A DNA stretch of 64,000 nucleotides from Micrococcales bacterium (lineage in GTDB: Bacteria; Actinomycetota; Actinomycetes; S36-B12; UBA10799). The notes beneath the pieces are model-generated. The model was not told the origin of the DNA. It did no database searches and saw only the letters and a list, made by a program, of their open reading frames with translations. Position 1 is the first letter of the stretch; every line of letters begins with the position of its first letter. The position numbers and the translations under genes were made by a program. Where the stretch lies: positions 64,933-128,932 of the forward strand of contig JADJCR010000003.1 in the NCBI GenBank assembly GCA_016703125.1, in the 5' to 3' direction. Positions 19,579 through 30,438 of this stretch are shown piece by piece.

Positions 19579-22408
19579 ATGACGCAGGAGGGCTCGCGAC
19601 CGCCCACGGTGATCGACATCGAGAGCCTCCCCGACCCGCACATGGTCCTGACGGCTGTGCGCGACGACGCCCGGCGCATCGTTGACTTCGTGTACACCGG
19701 GGTCAACGAGGCAGCCCTGGCAGATCTGGGTATCCCACGGGAGAAGGTGCTGGGTTCCACACTGCTCGAACTGGCGCCGCTGACCGGTGACGACGTGCTG
19801 CTGGAGCGGTTCATCGAGGTGGTGGACAACGACACGGTGCTGGTTCTGGACAGTTTCCAGTATCCCGACTCGTCCCCGAACCGTGCGCTGCGCTCCTACG
19901 ACGTCAGCGCCACGAGGATCGGAGACGGTCTCGGCTGCTCCTGGTGGGAGGTCACGCAGCGTGACCGCAACGAACGGGAACTTGCCCGCGCGGAAGCCAG
20001 GATGCGTACGACGCTGGACTCCCTGCTCGATCCCCACGAGATGCTCACGCCCATCCGCGACGACGCCGGTCACATCGTGGATCTGGAGTACGTGCAGGTT
20101 AACCGTGCCAGTTGCCGCTACCTGGGCATGTCGCGCGACGAGCTGGAGGGACATCGCCTCGGCGACATCTGGTCCGGCGCGGCCAAGGACTTCGTGATGC
20201 AGTGCGCCCGGCAGGTGCTGGCGACCGGTCAGCCGCTGCGGGTGGACGAGCAGGAGGTTGTCACGCCGCGCGGTGACATCCGGGTGTTCGACATCCGCGG
20301 CGTGCTCATCGACGAAGCCTTGAGTTTCACCTACCGGGACGTGACCAAGCGGGTCGCGCAGGCACGGGAGGTGGCGCAGTCACGGGAGTACTACCGCTTG
20401 GTGGCCGAGAACGCCTCGGAGATGGTCTTCCGCTCGGAGTCCGACGGCACGCTGTCGTGGGTCAGCCCGTCGGTCGCCCGCACCTCGGGTGGCCCATCGA
20501 CCAGATCCAGGGGCAGAGTTTGCGCGATCTCATCCATCCCGACGACCTGCCGGTCGTCACGGAACTGCAGAAGTCGGCTATCGCGGCCGGTGAACTCACC
20601 GGGAACGTACAGTGCCGGATGGCCACTGCCGATGGTGGCTGGCGCTGGATGAGTGTCCTGGGCCGGTCAATCGTCGACGAGCGCGGCCAGGTGATCGGCG
20701 GTGTGGACGCCATCCGGGACATCCAGGCCGAGCACGACGCGCTGGTGGCACTCGCCGAGTCCGAGGAGCGCTTCCGCCGTTCGATGATGGACGCGGCGAT
20801 CGGCATGGCCATGGTCGGTGTTGACGGCAGGTTCGTGAGTGTCAATCCCGCACTCTGTGCCTTGTTGGCCCGTGACGAGCGCACCTTGATGGGCAGTACG
20901 TGGCAGGAGTTGACTCACCCCGACGACCTCACCACGGACGCATCCCTGGTGGATGACGTGTTCGCCGGCCGCCGTGACACCTACCGATTGGCCAAGCGCT
21001 ACCTGCGCCCCGATGGCACTGTGGTCTGGGCCGACCTCACGGTCTCCGGTGTGCGGGCGGAGGACGGTCGGCTCGCGCATCTCATGGCACAGGTCGTCGA
21101 CATCACCGAGAGTGTGCACGCCCGGGAGGCGCTGGCGCGCAGCGAGGAGCACTTCCGCCTGCTGGCCGAGAACTCTTCGGATGTCGTGTTCCGCGCCTCG
21201 TCGGCCGCCGTGCTGGAGTGGGTCTCGCCGTCGGTGATGGACGTCCTGGGCTTCGCGCCGCGCGAGGTTGTGGGGGCGCCGGTTCTCGACTTCGTGGAGC
21301 CGGAGGACCTCCCGCCCGATCTGCACCTGGACCCTCGCAACGCGGACACCATCGACTTCGTGGGCAGAGTCCGCACCGCCGCGGGTGCGTCGTTGTGGAT
21401 GGACATCGCCGCGCGTCCGGTGCTCGGCGAGGACGGGTCGGTCATCGGCCGGGTCGGCCGGCTGCGGGACGTGCAGGCGCAGCACGACGCGCAGGAGGCG
21501 TTGCGGCGCAGTGAGCAACTGTTCCGCACGGCCATGGAATCGGCGCCGACGGGGATGGCGGTGGTCGGCTTGGACCGGGAGTTCCTCCAAGTGAACCCGG
21601 CGCTGTGCCGTCTGCTCGGGCGCACGGAGGAGTGGTTGCTCGGGCGCAGCGTCAGTGACGTGCTCGACCCCCTCGACGACGACCTCGACCGCCGGCTTCG
21701 TTCCCAGATCCTGGCCGGTCTGATGGCGTCGCTGACTCGCGACCACCAGATGATCCGCTCGGATGGTGAGCGGGTGCTCGTCGAGCAGTCCATCGGCCTG
21801 CTGCGTGACGAGCAGGGCCGGGCCACCGCCTACGTGTCGCAGTTCGCCGACGTCACCGAGGCCAGGGCGACCCGTGAGCAACTGCGGTTCCTCGCCACGC
21901 ACGACTCCTTGACCGAGTTGCTCAACCGCCGGGAACTGGTCACGCGGATCTCCGGGGTCTCGCGCAGACTCCCCGCACCGGGATCCACGTGGGTGTGCTG
22001 TTCATCGACCTCGACGGACTGAAGTCGGTGAACGACACCTACGGGCATGCCGTCGGCGACGAGGTGATCGTGACCGTCGCCCGCCGCGTCCGGGACAGGG
22101 TGCGGGTCAACGACGTGCTGGCCCGCTTCGGCGGAGACGAGTTCGTCCTGGTGCTGCCAGCCATCCACGGCGTCGATGACGTGGCGCGCATCTGCGAGGA
22201 GTTGCATCGGGCGGTGACGCAGCCGATGGCCGTCGGCGAGCGCACCATCGTCATGACCATGAGCGTCGGCGTGGCCGTGGTGTCGCCGGGAGAGGATCCG
22301 GACAGCGCCTTGCGCCGGGCCGATGCGGCGTTGTACCGGGCGAAGCGGGAAGGCCGGGCCCGCACGGTCGTCTACGACCCCCGGCTCGATGCCACCGAGC
22401 CTGCCTGA
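19579..22408 (+). pseudogene. multi-PAS sensor diguanylate cyclase (GGDEF), two frameshifts
   Basis: Three consecutive ORFs (19543-20652, 20457-22022, 21989-22408) encode contiguous PAS repeats and then GGDEF (RFGGDEF). Junctions lie near 20470-20476 and 21945-21965. ATG 19579 follows GAAGGGGGG. Confidence 0.85.
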
Positions 22409-22453
22409 AGGTAGCCTCAGCGCCCGCGACGGGTTGCGGTTAGTCTGCGGATC

Positions 22454-23572
22454 ATGGCCCGAGTACTGAAACTGATCCTGCCGCTGGCGATGGCGACCAG
22501 CGTGCTGGCGGCTCCGGCGGTGGCCCACGCCGACACGGTGTGGCTGTGCCGTCCCGGGGCGAGCCCCAACCCCTGTGATGGATCGCTGAAGACGACGATC
22601 CGCACCCCCGGCAAGGCGCCGCGGGTCGTGACGCCCAAGCCCGCCAAGAAGCCGGCGATCGACTGCTTCTACGTGTACCCGACGGTCAGTGAGCAGCCCA
22701 CGGTCGTTGCCGACCTGGCCAAGGACCCGCAGGAGATCGTCATCGCCAAGCACCAGGCGGCGCGCTTCAGTCAGGTCTGCGATGTGTACGCACCGATGTA
22801 CCGGCAGATCACCCTGAAGGCGATCCTGGGGACCGCGACTCCCACCCCGCAGGACCGGGAGGTCGGCTTCGACGACGTGAAGGCGGCATTCGCCGAGTAC
22901 CGTGCCGCGCATCCTGATCGGGGATACGTCCTCATCGGGCACTCGCAGGGGTCGGGGGTACTGAAGCGGCTGATCCGGGAGGTCATCGAACCCGATGCGG
23001 CACTGCGCGCGGACATGGTCTCGGCGCTGCTGCTCGGCACCAGTGTCGCGGTGCCGGTCGGGAAGGCGGTGGGCGGTGACTTCAGCAGTGTGCCGTTGTG
23101 CACCCGGCCCCGGCAGGTCAACTGCGTCATCTCCTACTCGACCTTCGGTCAGGAGCCGCCGGACAGTTCCTTCGGCCGGGTGCGTCCCGACAGCGTCGGC
23201 CTGGACCCGAACGTGCAGTACGAGGCGGCCTGCACGAATCCGGCGGCGCTGAAGGGCGGTTGGTCGCGCATCGACACGATCCTGCGGACCGAGCCGATCC
23301 CGGGCCTGCTGGGTGTGGCGACGGGTATCACCTACGGCGGGACCCCGCCCACGGCGAAGACCGCGTGGCTGACCCCCAAGGGCCGCTACAAGGCCAAGTG
23401 CATGCGCTCCAACGGCGCCCACGTGCTCATGGTCAAGGGTGTCGGGAAGGCCAAGGCACTCCAGCCCGCACCGACCCCGACGTGGGGGCTGCACCTGCTC
23501 GACGCGAACCTGCCGCTCGGGGACCTCATCGACGTGGTGCGCGTGCAGTCCAAGGCGTTCAGCGCGCGATGA
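22454..23572 (+). CDS. secreted DUF3089-type alpha/beta hydrolase
   Basis: Signal peptide, CFYVYPT motif and nucleophile elbow GHSQG. Confidence 0.7.
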   Translation: MARVLKLILPLAMATSVLAAPAVAHADTVWLCRPGASPNPCDGSLKTTIRTPGKAPRVVTPKPAKKPAIDCFYVYPTVSEQPTVVADLAKDPQEIVIAKHQAARFSQVCDVYAPMYRQITLKAILGTATPTPQDREVGFDDVKAAFAEYRAAHPDRGYVLIGHSQGSGVLKRLIREVIEPDAALRADMVSALLLGTSVAVPVGKAVGGDFSSVPLCTRPRQVNCVISYSTFGQEPPDSSFGRVRPDSVGLDPNVQYEAACTNPAALKGGWSRIDTILRTEPIPGLLGVATGITYGGTPPTAKTAWLTPKGRYKAKCMRSNGAHVLMVKGVGKAKALQPAPTPTWGLHLLDANLPLGDLIDVVRVQSKAFSAR

Positions 23573-24414
23573 CGCGGATCGTCGCGCTCGCACGGGCCGA
23601 CGTGGACACTCTGCTGGAATGGGCGGCCGCTGAGGGCTGGAATCCCGGGGACGAGGCCGAGGTGTTCTGGAACACCGACCCGCAGGCCTACCTCGGTGTG
23701 CGCGACGACGACGGCCGTCTCATCGGTGCCGTCGCCACTGTCGACTACGGCGGGCGGCTCGGCGTGATGGGCCTGTTCATCGTGGCGCCGCCGCACCGGG
23801 GCCGCGGATTGGGCCGGCAGTTGTGGTATCACGGCCGGGACACGCTGCTGGAGCGACTCGAACCGGGCGCGCCGATCGCCATCGATGCCGTGCCCGCGAT
23901 GGCCCGCTTCTACCGGGACAGTGGTTTCAGGCAGACCCACGACCATCGCCGCATGCGCATCCTCAGCACCGTCGAGGACGTGCCGGCCGCAGTGCGCCGG
24001 GTCACCGCGCCGCTGGGCAGTCTGCCCGACCTGGACACCCGATGTTTCGGCGCTCCGCGCCCGGGGTTCCTCGGGCCCTGGTTGGCGCAGCCGGATCACG
24101 TGGCTGTCGCCCATGTGGATGACCGCTTGAGCGGATACGGGGTATTGCGTGGCTGCCGGCACGGATTCAAGGTCGGGCCGCTGTTCGCGCAGTCGGCGGC
24201 AACGGCTGATGCGCTGTTCCGGGGACTGACTGCGGGGATCCCGGCAGGCTCCGACGTGTTCGTGGATGTCCCCTCCGTCAACGAGTCGGCGGTGCAGTGG
24301 GCCGCGCGCCGTGGTGGCCAGGAAGTGTTCACCTGCGCCCGGATGTACCACGGTGCGGCGCCGGCGGCCGATTGGGCCTCGGTGTTCGGGGTCACCACTC
24401 TCGAACTCGGTTGA
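23569..24414 (+). CDS. GNAT family N-acetyltransferase
   Basis: ATGA overlap with the upstream gene; acetyl-CoA motif HRGRGLGRQL. Confidence 0.7.
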   Translation: MTRIVALARADVDTLLEWAAAEGWNPGDEAEVFWNTDPQAYLGVRDDDGRLIGAVATVDYGGRLGVMGLFIVAPPHRGRGLGRQLWYHGRDTLLERLEPGAPIAIDAVPAMARFYRDSGFRQTHDHRRMRILSTVEDVPAAVRRVTAPLGSLPDLDTRCFGAPRPGFLGPWLAQPDHVAVAHVDDRLSGYGVLRGCRHGFKVGPLFAQSAATADALFRGLTAGIPAGSDVFVDVPSVNESAVQWAARRGGQEVFTCARMYHGAAPAADWASVFGVTTLELG

Positions 24415-24564
24415 TGCCTGTGCCGCACCAGGTTGTTGCGGCGTGCAGGTCAGTGTGATCGCCGTCACCAGTGGGCGTGTCCTAGGTCACGCGTAGACAG
24501 GTATCAGCGAGGGAATCACCGAAGCGACCTCAAATGTCGTCGTCGTCGAGGAGTTCCCCGACCC

Positions 24565-25125
24565 ATGAACACAAAGACCCTGGTCGCCGGCATCGCCGCA
24601 GCGCCCGTGTTCCTCGGTGCAGCCGTCGTGCCCAGCACCGCAGCGGTGCAGCCCGCCACGTCCGCGGCTGCTGCGCCGGCTGTCAAAGCCAAATCCACCG
24701 ACCGGACCAAGCGCGCCTCGCGTGCCGCCGGTGTCTCCATGCGCACCAAGGGAACGCAGTACAGCCCCACCCGGGCCGCGATGCGCCTGGAGCGCTGGGC
24801 CAAGCGTGGTACGCGCGGGTACCACAACCAGTGCCTGCGTCTGGCTGACAACGCTTACCAGCCGAAGGGCAACCGCACCAGCACGGCCTTGAGCCAGTGG
24901 AAGCGGGCCAAGCGCAAGGGATATGCCCATCCGCACAACCGCCGGCCCCCGGTGGGGGCGCAGATGTTTTGGCGGACCTCCAACCCCGCCGGCCACATCG
25001 CGACCTACGTCGGTAACGGCAAGGCCGTGACTAACATGCCGGGCGGCGCGGTCCGCAAGATCAACTGGAAGCGCATGAACCAATGGGGTCCCTACCTCGG
25101 CTGGGCCGAGCCGTTCTACGGCTGA
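24565..25125 (+). CDS. secreted CHAP/NlpC-P60-like cysteine peptidase-fold protein (paralogue 1)
   Basis: Signal peptide, then a conserved C-terminal block with Cys (NQCLRLAD) and His (AGHIATYVG). GAGGAG lies upstream of the ATG. Confidence 0.65.
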   Translation: MNTKTLVAGIAAAPVFLGAAVVPSTAAVQPATSAAAAPAVKAKSTDRTKRASRAAGVSMRTKGTQYSPTRAAMRLERWAKRGTRGYHNQCLRLADNAYQPKGNRTSTALSQWKRAKRKGYAHPHNRRPPVGAQMFWRTSNPAGHIATYVGNGKAVTNMPGGAVRKINWKRMNQWGPYLGWAEPFYG

Positions 25126-25191
25126 GACACGTCGCGAATACAGCCCTGCCGCGGGCCACCTCGACCATCGAAGAACCGTCTGGAGAACACT

Positions 25192-25809
25192 GTGAAACGC
25201 ACCGCTTCGCTGATCGCCGGCGTCATGGCGGTGCCGGTGCTAGCCGGTTCCGTCGCCGCCTCCACCCCCCAGGCCCCGGCGCAGCCACAGATCCACCTGG
25301 CAACCGCGGGCACTCTGGTGGCCGCGACTCCGGGCAGTGCACGTGACACGGACCTCGTCCACGCCGCAGCCTGGGCCGAGCAGGACGATGCTCGCCAACT
25401 CCGGCGGGCTGCGCGGTCCGCGGTCTTGCGCACCTACGGCACGGCGAACACGGCCGAGGAGGCCGTGGGCCTGCTGAAGAAGTGGGCACGCGAGGGCGTC
25501 GGCGGATACCCCAACCAGTGCCTGCGCCTGGCCGATGACGCCTACCGCGCCTCCGCGCGCACCACGACCGCGCTGGCACAGTCGAGCCGGGCCAAGGAGG
25601 CCGGAGTCGCCTACCCGGACAGTCGCGACATCCCGGTGGGTGCGCACATGTTCTGGCGGACCGATCACCCGGCCGGGCACATCGCCACCTACGTGGGGGA
25701 CGGCAAGGTCGTCACCAACATGCCGGGCGGCAGCATCAAGATCGTCGATTGGCACAAACTCAACGAGTGGGGTCCCTACCTCGGCTGGGCCAACCCGTAC
25801 TATCGCTAG
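25192..25809 (+). CDS. secreted CHAP/NlpC-P60-like protein (paralogue 2)
   Basis: Same C-terminal block (NQCLRLADDAY ... AGHIATYVGDGK ... WGPYLGWA). GTG start after GGAGA. Confidence 0.65.
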   Translation: MKRTASLIAGVMAVPVLAGSVAASTPQAPAQPQIHLATAGTLVAATPGSARDTDLVHAAAWAEQDDARQLRRAARSAVLRTYGTANTAEEAVGLLKKWAREGVGGYPNQCLRLADDAYRASARTTTALAQSSRAKEAGVAYPDSRDIPVGAHMFWRTDHPAGHIATYVGDGKVVTNMPGGSIKIVDWHKLNEWGPYLGWANPYYR

Positions 25810-25842
25810 CCTCCCCGGGTCGGCGCCCACGATGATGGGCGG

Positions 25843-27540
25843 GTGACCGCCTCGTTCCTGCGCACCTGGCTGCCCGGCCTGACGCCGGAACTGCGCCCCT
25901 TCGAGCGGCACAACGTCATCGCCGGGCTCACCGTCACCGCCTACCTCGTGCCCCAGGTGATGGCCTACGCGATCCTCGCCGGACTCTCCCCGGTCACCGG
26001 TCTGTGGGCCGCCTTGGTCGCGGTTCCGCTGTACGCCCTGCTCGGGACGTCGCGCTGGCTCAGTTTCGGGCCAGAGTCCAGCGTCGCCGTGACCGCCGCA
26101 GTGATCGTGCCGGCGGTGGCCGCCGGCGGCACCTCCCCGGCCGCGGTCGCTTCGGCGCTGGCGTTGGCGGTCGGTGTGGTGGGCCTGCTGGCAAGCCTCC
26201 TGCGGATGTCGTTCGTGGCGGACCTGCTCGGCCGGCCCATCCTCGTCGGGTACATGGCGGGCATCGCGGTGCTCATGATCGACAGCCAGCTCGAACGTGT
26301 GACCGGCGAGTCGGTACCTGGCGACCCGGGGGTCCTCGAGCATCTCTGGCTGGTGATCGGTACGACCCCGCAGTGGTCGGCGGTGATCACCGCGGCCGGG
26401 GTGCTGGCCGTGCTGGTGGGGTTCGCCCGCACGCGTCTGCGCCCGTTCGCGCCATTGATCTCCCTAGTGGTGGGCGCCGCGATTGCAGCGGCGCTGTCGG
26501 CAAGTGGCCAGCCGGTGGAACTGCTCGGCGACATCCCGGCGGGACTACCCACCCCTGCGCTCCCGTCGGTACCCGCGTCGCTCGTGCCGGATCTCATGCT
26601 GGCCGCGGTGGGGGTATTGCTCGTGGCGTTCGCCGATGCCACGCTGACCGGGCGGTCGTTCCACCTCGTGCAGGACCCGCCTCTGCGGGCCCCCACCGAG
26701 TTGCGGGCCTTGGCGGTGGTGAACGTGGCCGCGGGATTCTTCCGCGGGATGCCGGTGTCCACCAGCGGCAGTCGCTCAGCGGTTGCCCGCGCGAGCGGTG
26801 CCACATCGCAGGGCTACTCGATCGCCGCCGCATTGTTCCTCGCCGTGGTCCTGCTCGTGGCCGGTCCCGTCCTCGAGGTAGTTCCGCAGGCGGCGCTGGG
26901 TGCGCTGGTGGTGTACGCGGCGGTGCTGCTCATCGACGTGCCGGGGTTCCGGGGGTTGTGGCGGTTCCAGCGCTCGGAGTTCCTCGTGGCCCTCGTGACC
27001 ACGGCCGGCGTGCTGGTGTTCGGGGTCCTGTACGGGGTGCTCATCGCCGTGGGTCTCTCGGTGCTCCTGCTGCTCTTCGAGGTGGCTCGGCCGCACTCGG
27101 CGGTACTGGGTTTCGTGCCGGACCTCGCGGGCATGCACGACATCACCGACTTCCCCCAGACCCGCGAGGAGCCGGGCCTGCTGATCTTCCGGTACGACTC
27201 GCCCCTCTTCTTCGCCAACGCTGACAACTTCCTCACGAATGCGCGCACGGCGGTCCAGGAGCGGATGCCGGGCGTGGAGTGGTTCGCGCTGCAGAGCGAG
27301 GCGATCGTCGAGGTGGATTCGACCGCGGTGGAAGCCCTCGAGGTGCTCGTGCGAGAGCTGCGAGCCGCCGGCGTCCGCTTCGTGCTGGTGCGGGCCAAGA
27401 GCGAGTTGCTCGACGACCTGTCCCGAACTTCACTGATCGGCGAGATCGGCGAGGAGTACATCTTCCCGACCCTGCCGACACTGGTCGGCGCCTTCCGGTC
27501 CCGGAAGTTCTCCGAGCCCGGAAGCGACGAGTCATCCTGA
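25843..27540 (+). CDS. SulP family anion transporter with C-terminal STAS domain
   Basis: 565 aa; polytopic membrane domain plus STAS (FRYDSPLFFANA). Confidence 0.9.
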   Translation: MTASFLRTWLPGLTPELRPFERHNVIAGLTVTAYLVPQVMAYAILAGLSPVTGLWAALVAVPLYALLGTSRWLSFGPESSVAVTAAVIVPAVAAGGTSPAAVASALALAVGVVGLLASLLRMSFVADLLGRPILVGYMAGIAVLMIDSQLERVTGESVPGDPGVLEHLWLVIGTTPQWSAVITAAGVLAVLVGFARTRLRPFAPLISLVVGAAIAAALSASGQPVELLGDIPAGLPTPALPSVPASLVPDLMLAAVGVLLVAFADATLTGRSFHLVQDPPLRAPTELRALAVVNVAAGFFRGMPVSTSGSRSAVARASGATSQGYSIAAALFLAVVLLVAGPVLEVVPQAALGALVVYAAVLLIDVPGFRGLWRFQRSEFLVALVTTAGVLVFGVLYGVLIAVGLSVLLLLFEVARPHSAVLGFVPDLAGMHDITDFPQTREEPGLLIFRYDSPLFFANADNFLTNARTAVQERMPGVEWFALQSEAIVEVDSTAVEALEVLVRELRAAGVRFVLVRAKSELLDDLSRTSLIGEIGEEYIFPTLPTLVGAFRSRKFSEPGSDESS

Positions 27541-29294
27541 CAGGTTGTACAGCGTCACACCGTCGACGGTGACGGACGGGAAGTTCTGCTGTACCCAGGT
27601 GCTGATCTGGGAACTCGTCTGCCCGCCGGCGATGAACCAGTGGATCCGCCCGTCCGCCACGTACTGCTGGAACCGCTCGAGGGTGGGGGAGGGGTCACTG
27701 CCGTTGAAGCCACCGATCGCCATCACGGGGTGGCCGGTGGCCAACTGGTAGCCCGCGGCGGTCTGACTGCCCACCCCGGCGGCGACCCACGTGTAGTCGG
27801 CCGCGTCCTGGGCGAGAGTGGTCACGAGGTCGCCGCTGACGTCGGGGGAGTCCAGCAGCCCGCCCGGGCCGCCAGCGGGCACGCGTTGCCATTTCCTCCG
27901 GTGCCGCCGGGCCACCCACTGTGGCGCCGCCGGCTCAGGCCGGCAGTGGGTAGCGCCCCGCTGGTCACCCGGGATGCGGTCTGCAGGCTGAAGGCCGGAC
28001 CGGACAGCAGCATCGCGACAATCAGGGTGCCCGCCAACGCGGTGCGCACCCTCGGCCCGCTGAGGTCGCCGAGTCCGAGGGCGATTCCGGCCACCACGGC
28101 CACCGCGATGACCAGCCAGCCGAGCAGGTCGTAGTCGCGCGCACGAGCAACGTGCCGCCGTACAGCGCGGAGCAGGCCAGAAACACCGCGAGGCCGCATA
28201 GGCCCCGCGCCGCCACAGCAGGGTGACCGCCGTGGCCCGCCAGCACAGCGATCGCCGGTGCCAGCGCAACCGCGTAGTACTGGTGGATGATGCCCTGGCT
28301 GAAGCGAAGACGGCAAACGTCACGACCAGCCAGCCGCCCCACAGGATCGTGGACACCCGCTGCATCCGGCCGTCGGCCAGCACCCAGGCGAAGACGATCG
28401 CCGCGAGCGCCGCAGGCGGCGATCTGCCGGCCCAGTCGGCGTCGAACATCCGGTGCCAGCTCGGCGTCCCCAGCCACCGCCGCCCGCCCGGCACCGCCGC
28501 CCACGCTGCCGGTCTCATCGCCGGTCCGCCGCCCCAGGCCGTTGTAACCGAGGATGAGTTCGAGTGCGGAGTCGGTCTGCGAGCCGCCGATGTACGGGCG
28601 GATCGACGCGGGCACGAGTTCCACCACGGCCACCCACCATCCGCCGGCGACCACCAGGGCCGGCTGCAGTGGTCAGCATCGCGATCCGCCGCCGCGAGTG
28701 GACCAGGATGGCTGCGACGAACGCGGGGAGGACCAGGAAGGCCTGCAGACTCTTGGTGAGGAACGCGAGCGACCGCCGCCAGGACGATCAGCGCAGCCGC
28801 TCGGTTCGGTGCCCGCGCCACGGCGTAGGTCGCGGCGACCAGCAGCGGACCGCGGCATCGGGGTTGTTGAACCGGAACATCAGCGTGGCCACCGGCGTGG
28901 TGGCGAGGATGACCCCGGCGAGCAGTCCGGCTGGCCTACCGAAGTAGCGCGCCACGAACAGATACAGCAGTCCGACGGTCGCCACGCCCATCAGCGCCTG
29001 CCGGGCGAGATGCTCAGGAACTGAGGCCGAACAGGCGCACGACAGGGCCATGACCCAGATGGCGGCAGGCGGCTTGTCGATTGTGATCGCGTTGGCGGCA
29101 TCGCTGGAGCCGAAGAAGAAGGCCTCCCAGTTCTGCGAGCCGGCCTGCGCGGCCGCGGGTAAGCTGCTGGCCCAGCCGGACAGGCCCCAGATGTACAGCA
29201 CAGCGGTACCGGCAAGTGCGCCGCAGGGCCGGACGTGTCGGTCGCGGGCCTCGGCGGGGGTGGTGGCGGCGGCCCGTTCGAGCGTGGCGGTCAT
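27532..29294 (-). pseudogene. GT39/ArnT-like (GT-C) glycosyltransferase, multiply frameshifted
   Basis: Family blocks appear in alternating frames: FFFGSSDAANAITIDKPP, FRFNNPDA, ARAPNRAAALIVLAAVA, GGWWVAVVELVP...GYNGLGR, GTPSWHRMFDADWAG, SQGIIHQYYAVALAP, RDYDLLGWLVIAV, YTWVAAGVGS...MAIGGFNGSDPSPTLERF. Confidence 0.8.
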
Positions 29295-30438
29295 CGAGTC
29301 CTCCTCGGAAGATCCAGTGGCGGAACAGGACGAACCGCACAAGGGTGGCGATCGAGTTGGCGGCGGTGAGGACGGCCAGTTCCATGCCTCTGCTCAAGGT
29401 CTCCGGGAGCAGGGCTGCCGTCGCGCTCGTGATGACCAGCGCGACGGCCAGCACCGCGTAGCCCTTGGCCTGGTGCAGCCACCAGTCGGCGCGCCCCGAG
29501 ATGCCGAACGTGAAGCGGCGGTTCACCGCGGTGTTGGTTGCGGTCGCCAGGAGCAGGGCAGCGACGTTGGCGACCACCGGCTCCACCAGGGTGCGCGCCA
29601 ACAGGTAGAGGACGGCGTAAACGGCGGTCGAGCCCAGGCCCACGGCCACGAACCGCAGCACCTGACCCGGCCCACGATCCTGGGGGACGTCGGCCATGCG
29701 GATGCGCCCGGAGGCGATGTCACGACCCAGGCGGGCGATCCCACGAAGGTCAGCCAGCGCGGTGGCCATGATGTCCACGCTGGAATCCGGGTCGTCCACC
29801 CAGTCCACGGGCACTCGTGGATGCGCAGGCCGGTGCGTTCGGCGATCACGAGCAGTTCGGTGTCGAAGAACCAGTCTTCATCCTTGACCTGCGCCAGCAG
29901 CGCGGGCAGCCGGTCGGCTCGCACAGCCTTGAACCCGCACTGGGCGTCAGAGAACCGTGACCGCAGAGTCAGCCGCAGCAGCCGGTTGTAGCTGCGTGAG
30001 ATGAACTCCCGCTTCTGGCCCCGGGTGACTCGTGACGCCGTGCTCAGGCGCGTGCCGATGGCGACGTCGGAGTGCCCGACAGCAGTGGCGCGACCAGGAC
30101 CGGCACGAGGCCGGTGGAGAGGTCGACATCCATGTAGGCGACCACCCTGGCGGCCGCACCGCCCCAGGCCTGGCGCAGTGCGCGCCCGCGACCCTTCTGC
30201 TCCAGGCGCAGGTACTCCACCTCCCGGAAGGCCGGTCGCAAGTTCCCGGGCGATCCGCGGAGTCGCATCGTTGCTCGCGTTGTCCGCGATCAGGATGCGA
30301 TGGGTCCAGGTTGCGCCCGCGCGTATTCGACCAGGTCAGATGCTGCGACGCAGCGCATTGCTCGTTGTACACGGGGACGACGATCTCACGTCGACCAGGC
30401 GGGTCCGGGGTGTCCCAGGCGACGTCGGTGGCTGTCAT
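29291..30438 (-). pseudogene. GT2 polyprenyl-phosphate glycosyltransferase fused to a GtrA domain, multiply frameshifted
   Basis: IVVPVYNEQ, RILIADNASNDATPRIAREL, LEQKGRGRALRQAW...YMDVDLST, QCGFKAVRADR...DWFFDTELL and the GtrA block (NTAVNRRFTF) lie in different frames. ATGA overlaps occur at both ends. Confidence 0.8.

Noticed and set aside
24415-24564. Possible c-di-AMP (ydaO-type) riboswitch upstream of the CHAP-like hydrolase genes, as is known for some actinobacterial cell-wall hydrolases.
   Set aside because: Only short fragments (GGGAAUC, CCGAAG) resemble the motif. The leaders of the other two paralogues are too short (about 55-65 nt), and I could not build the pseudo-symmetric fold by eye.
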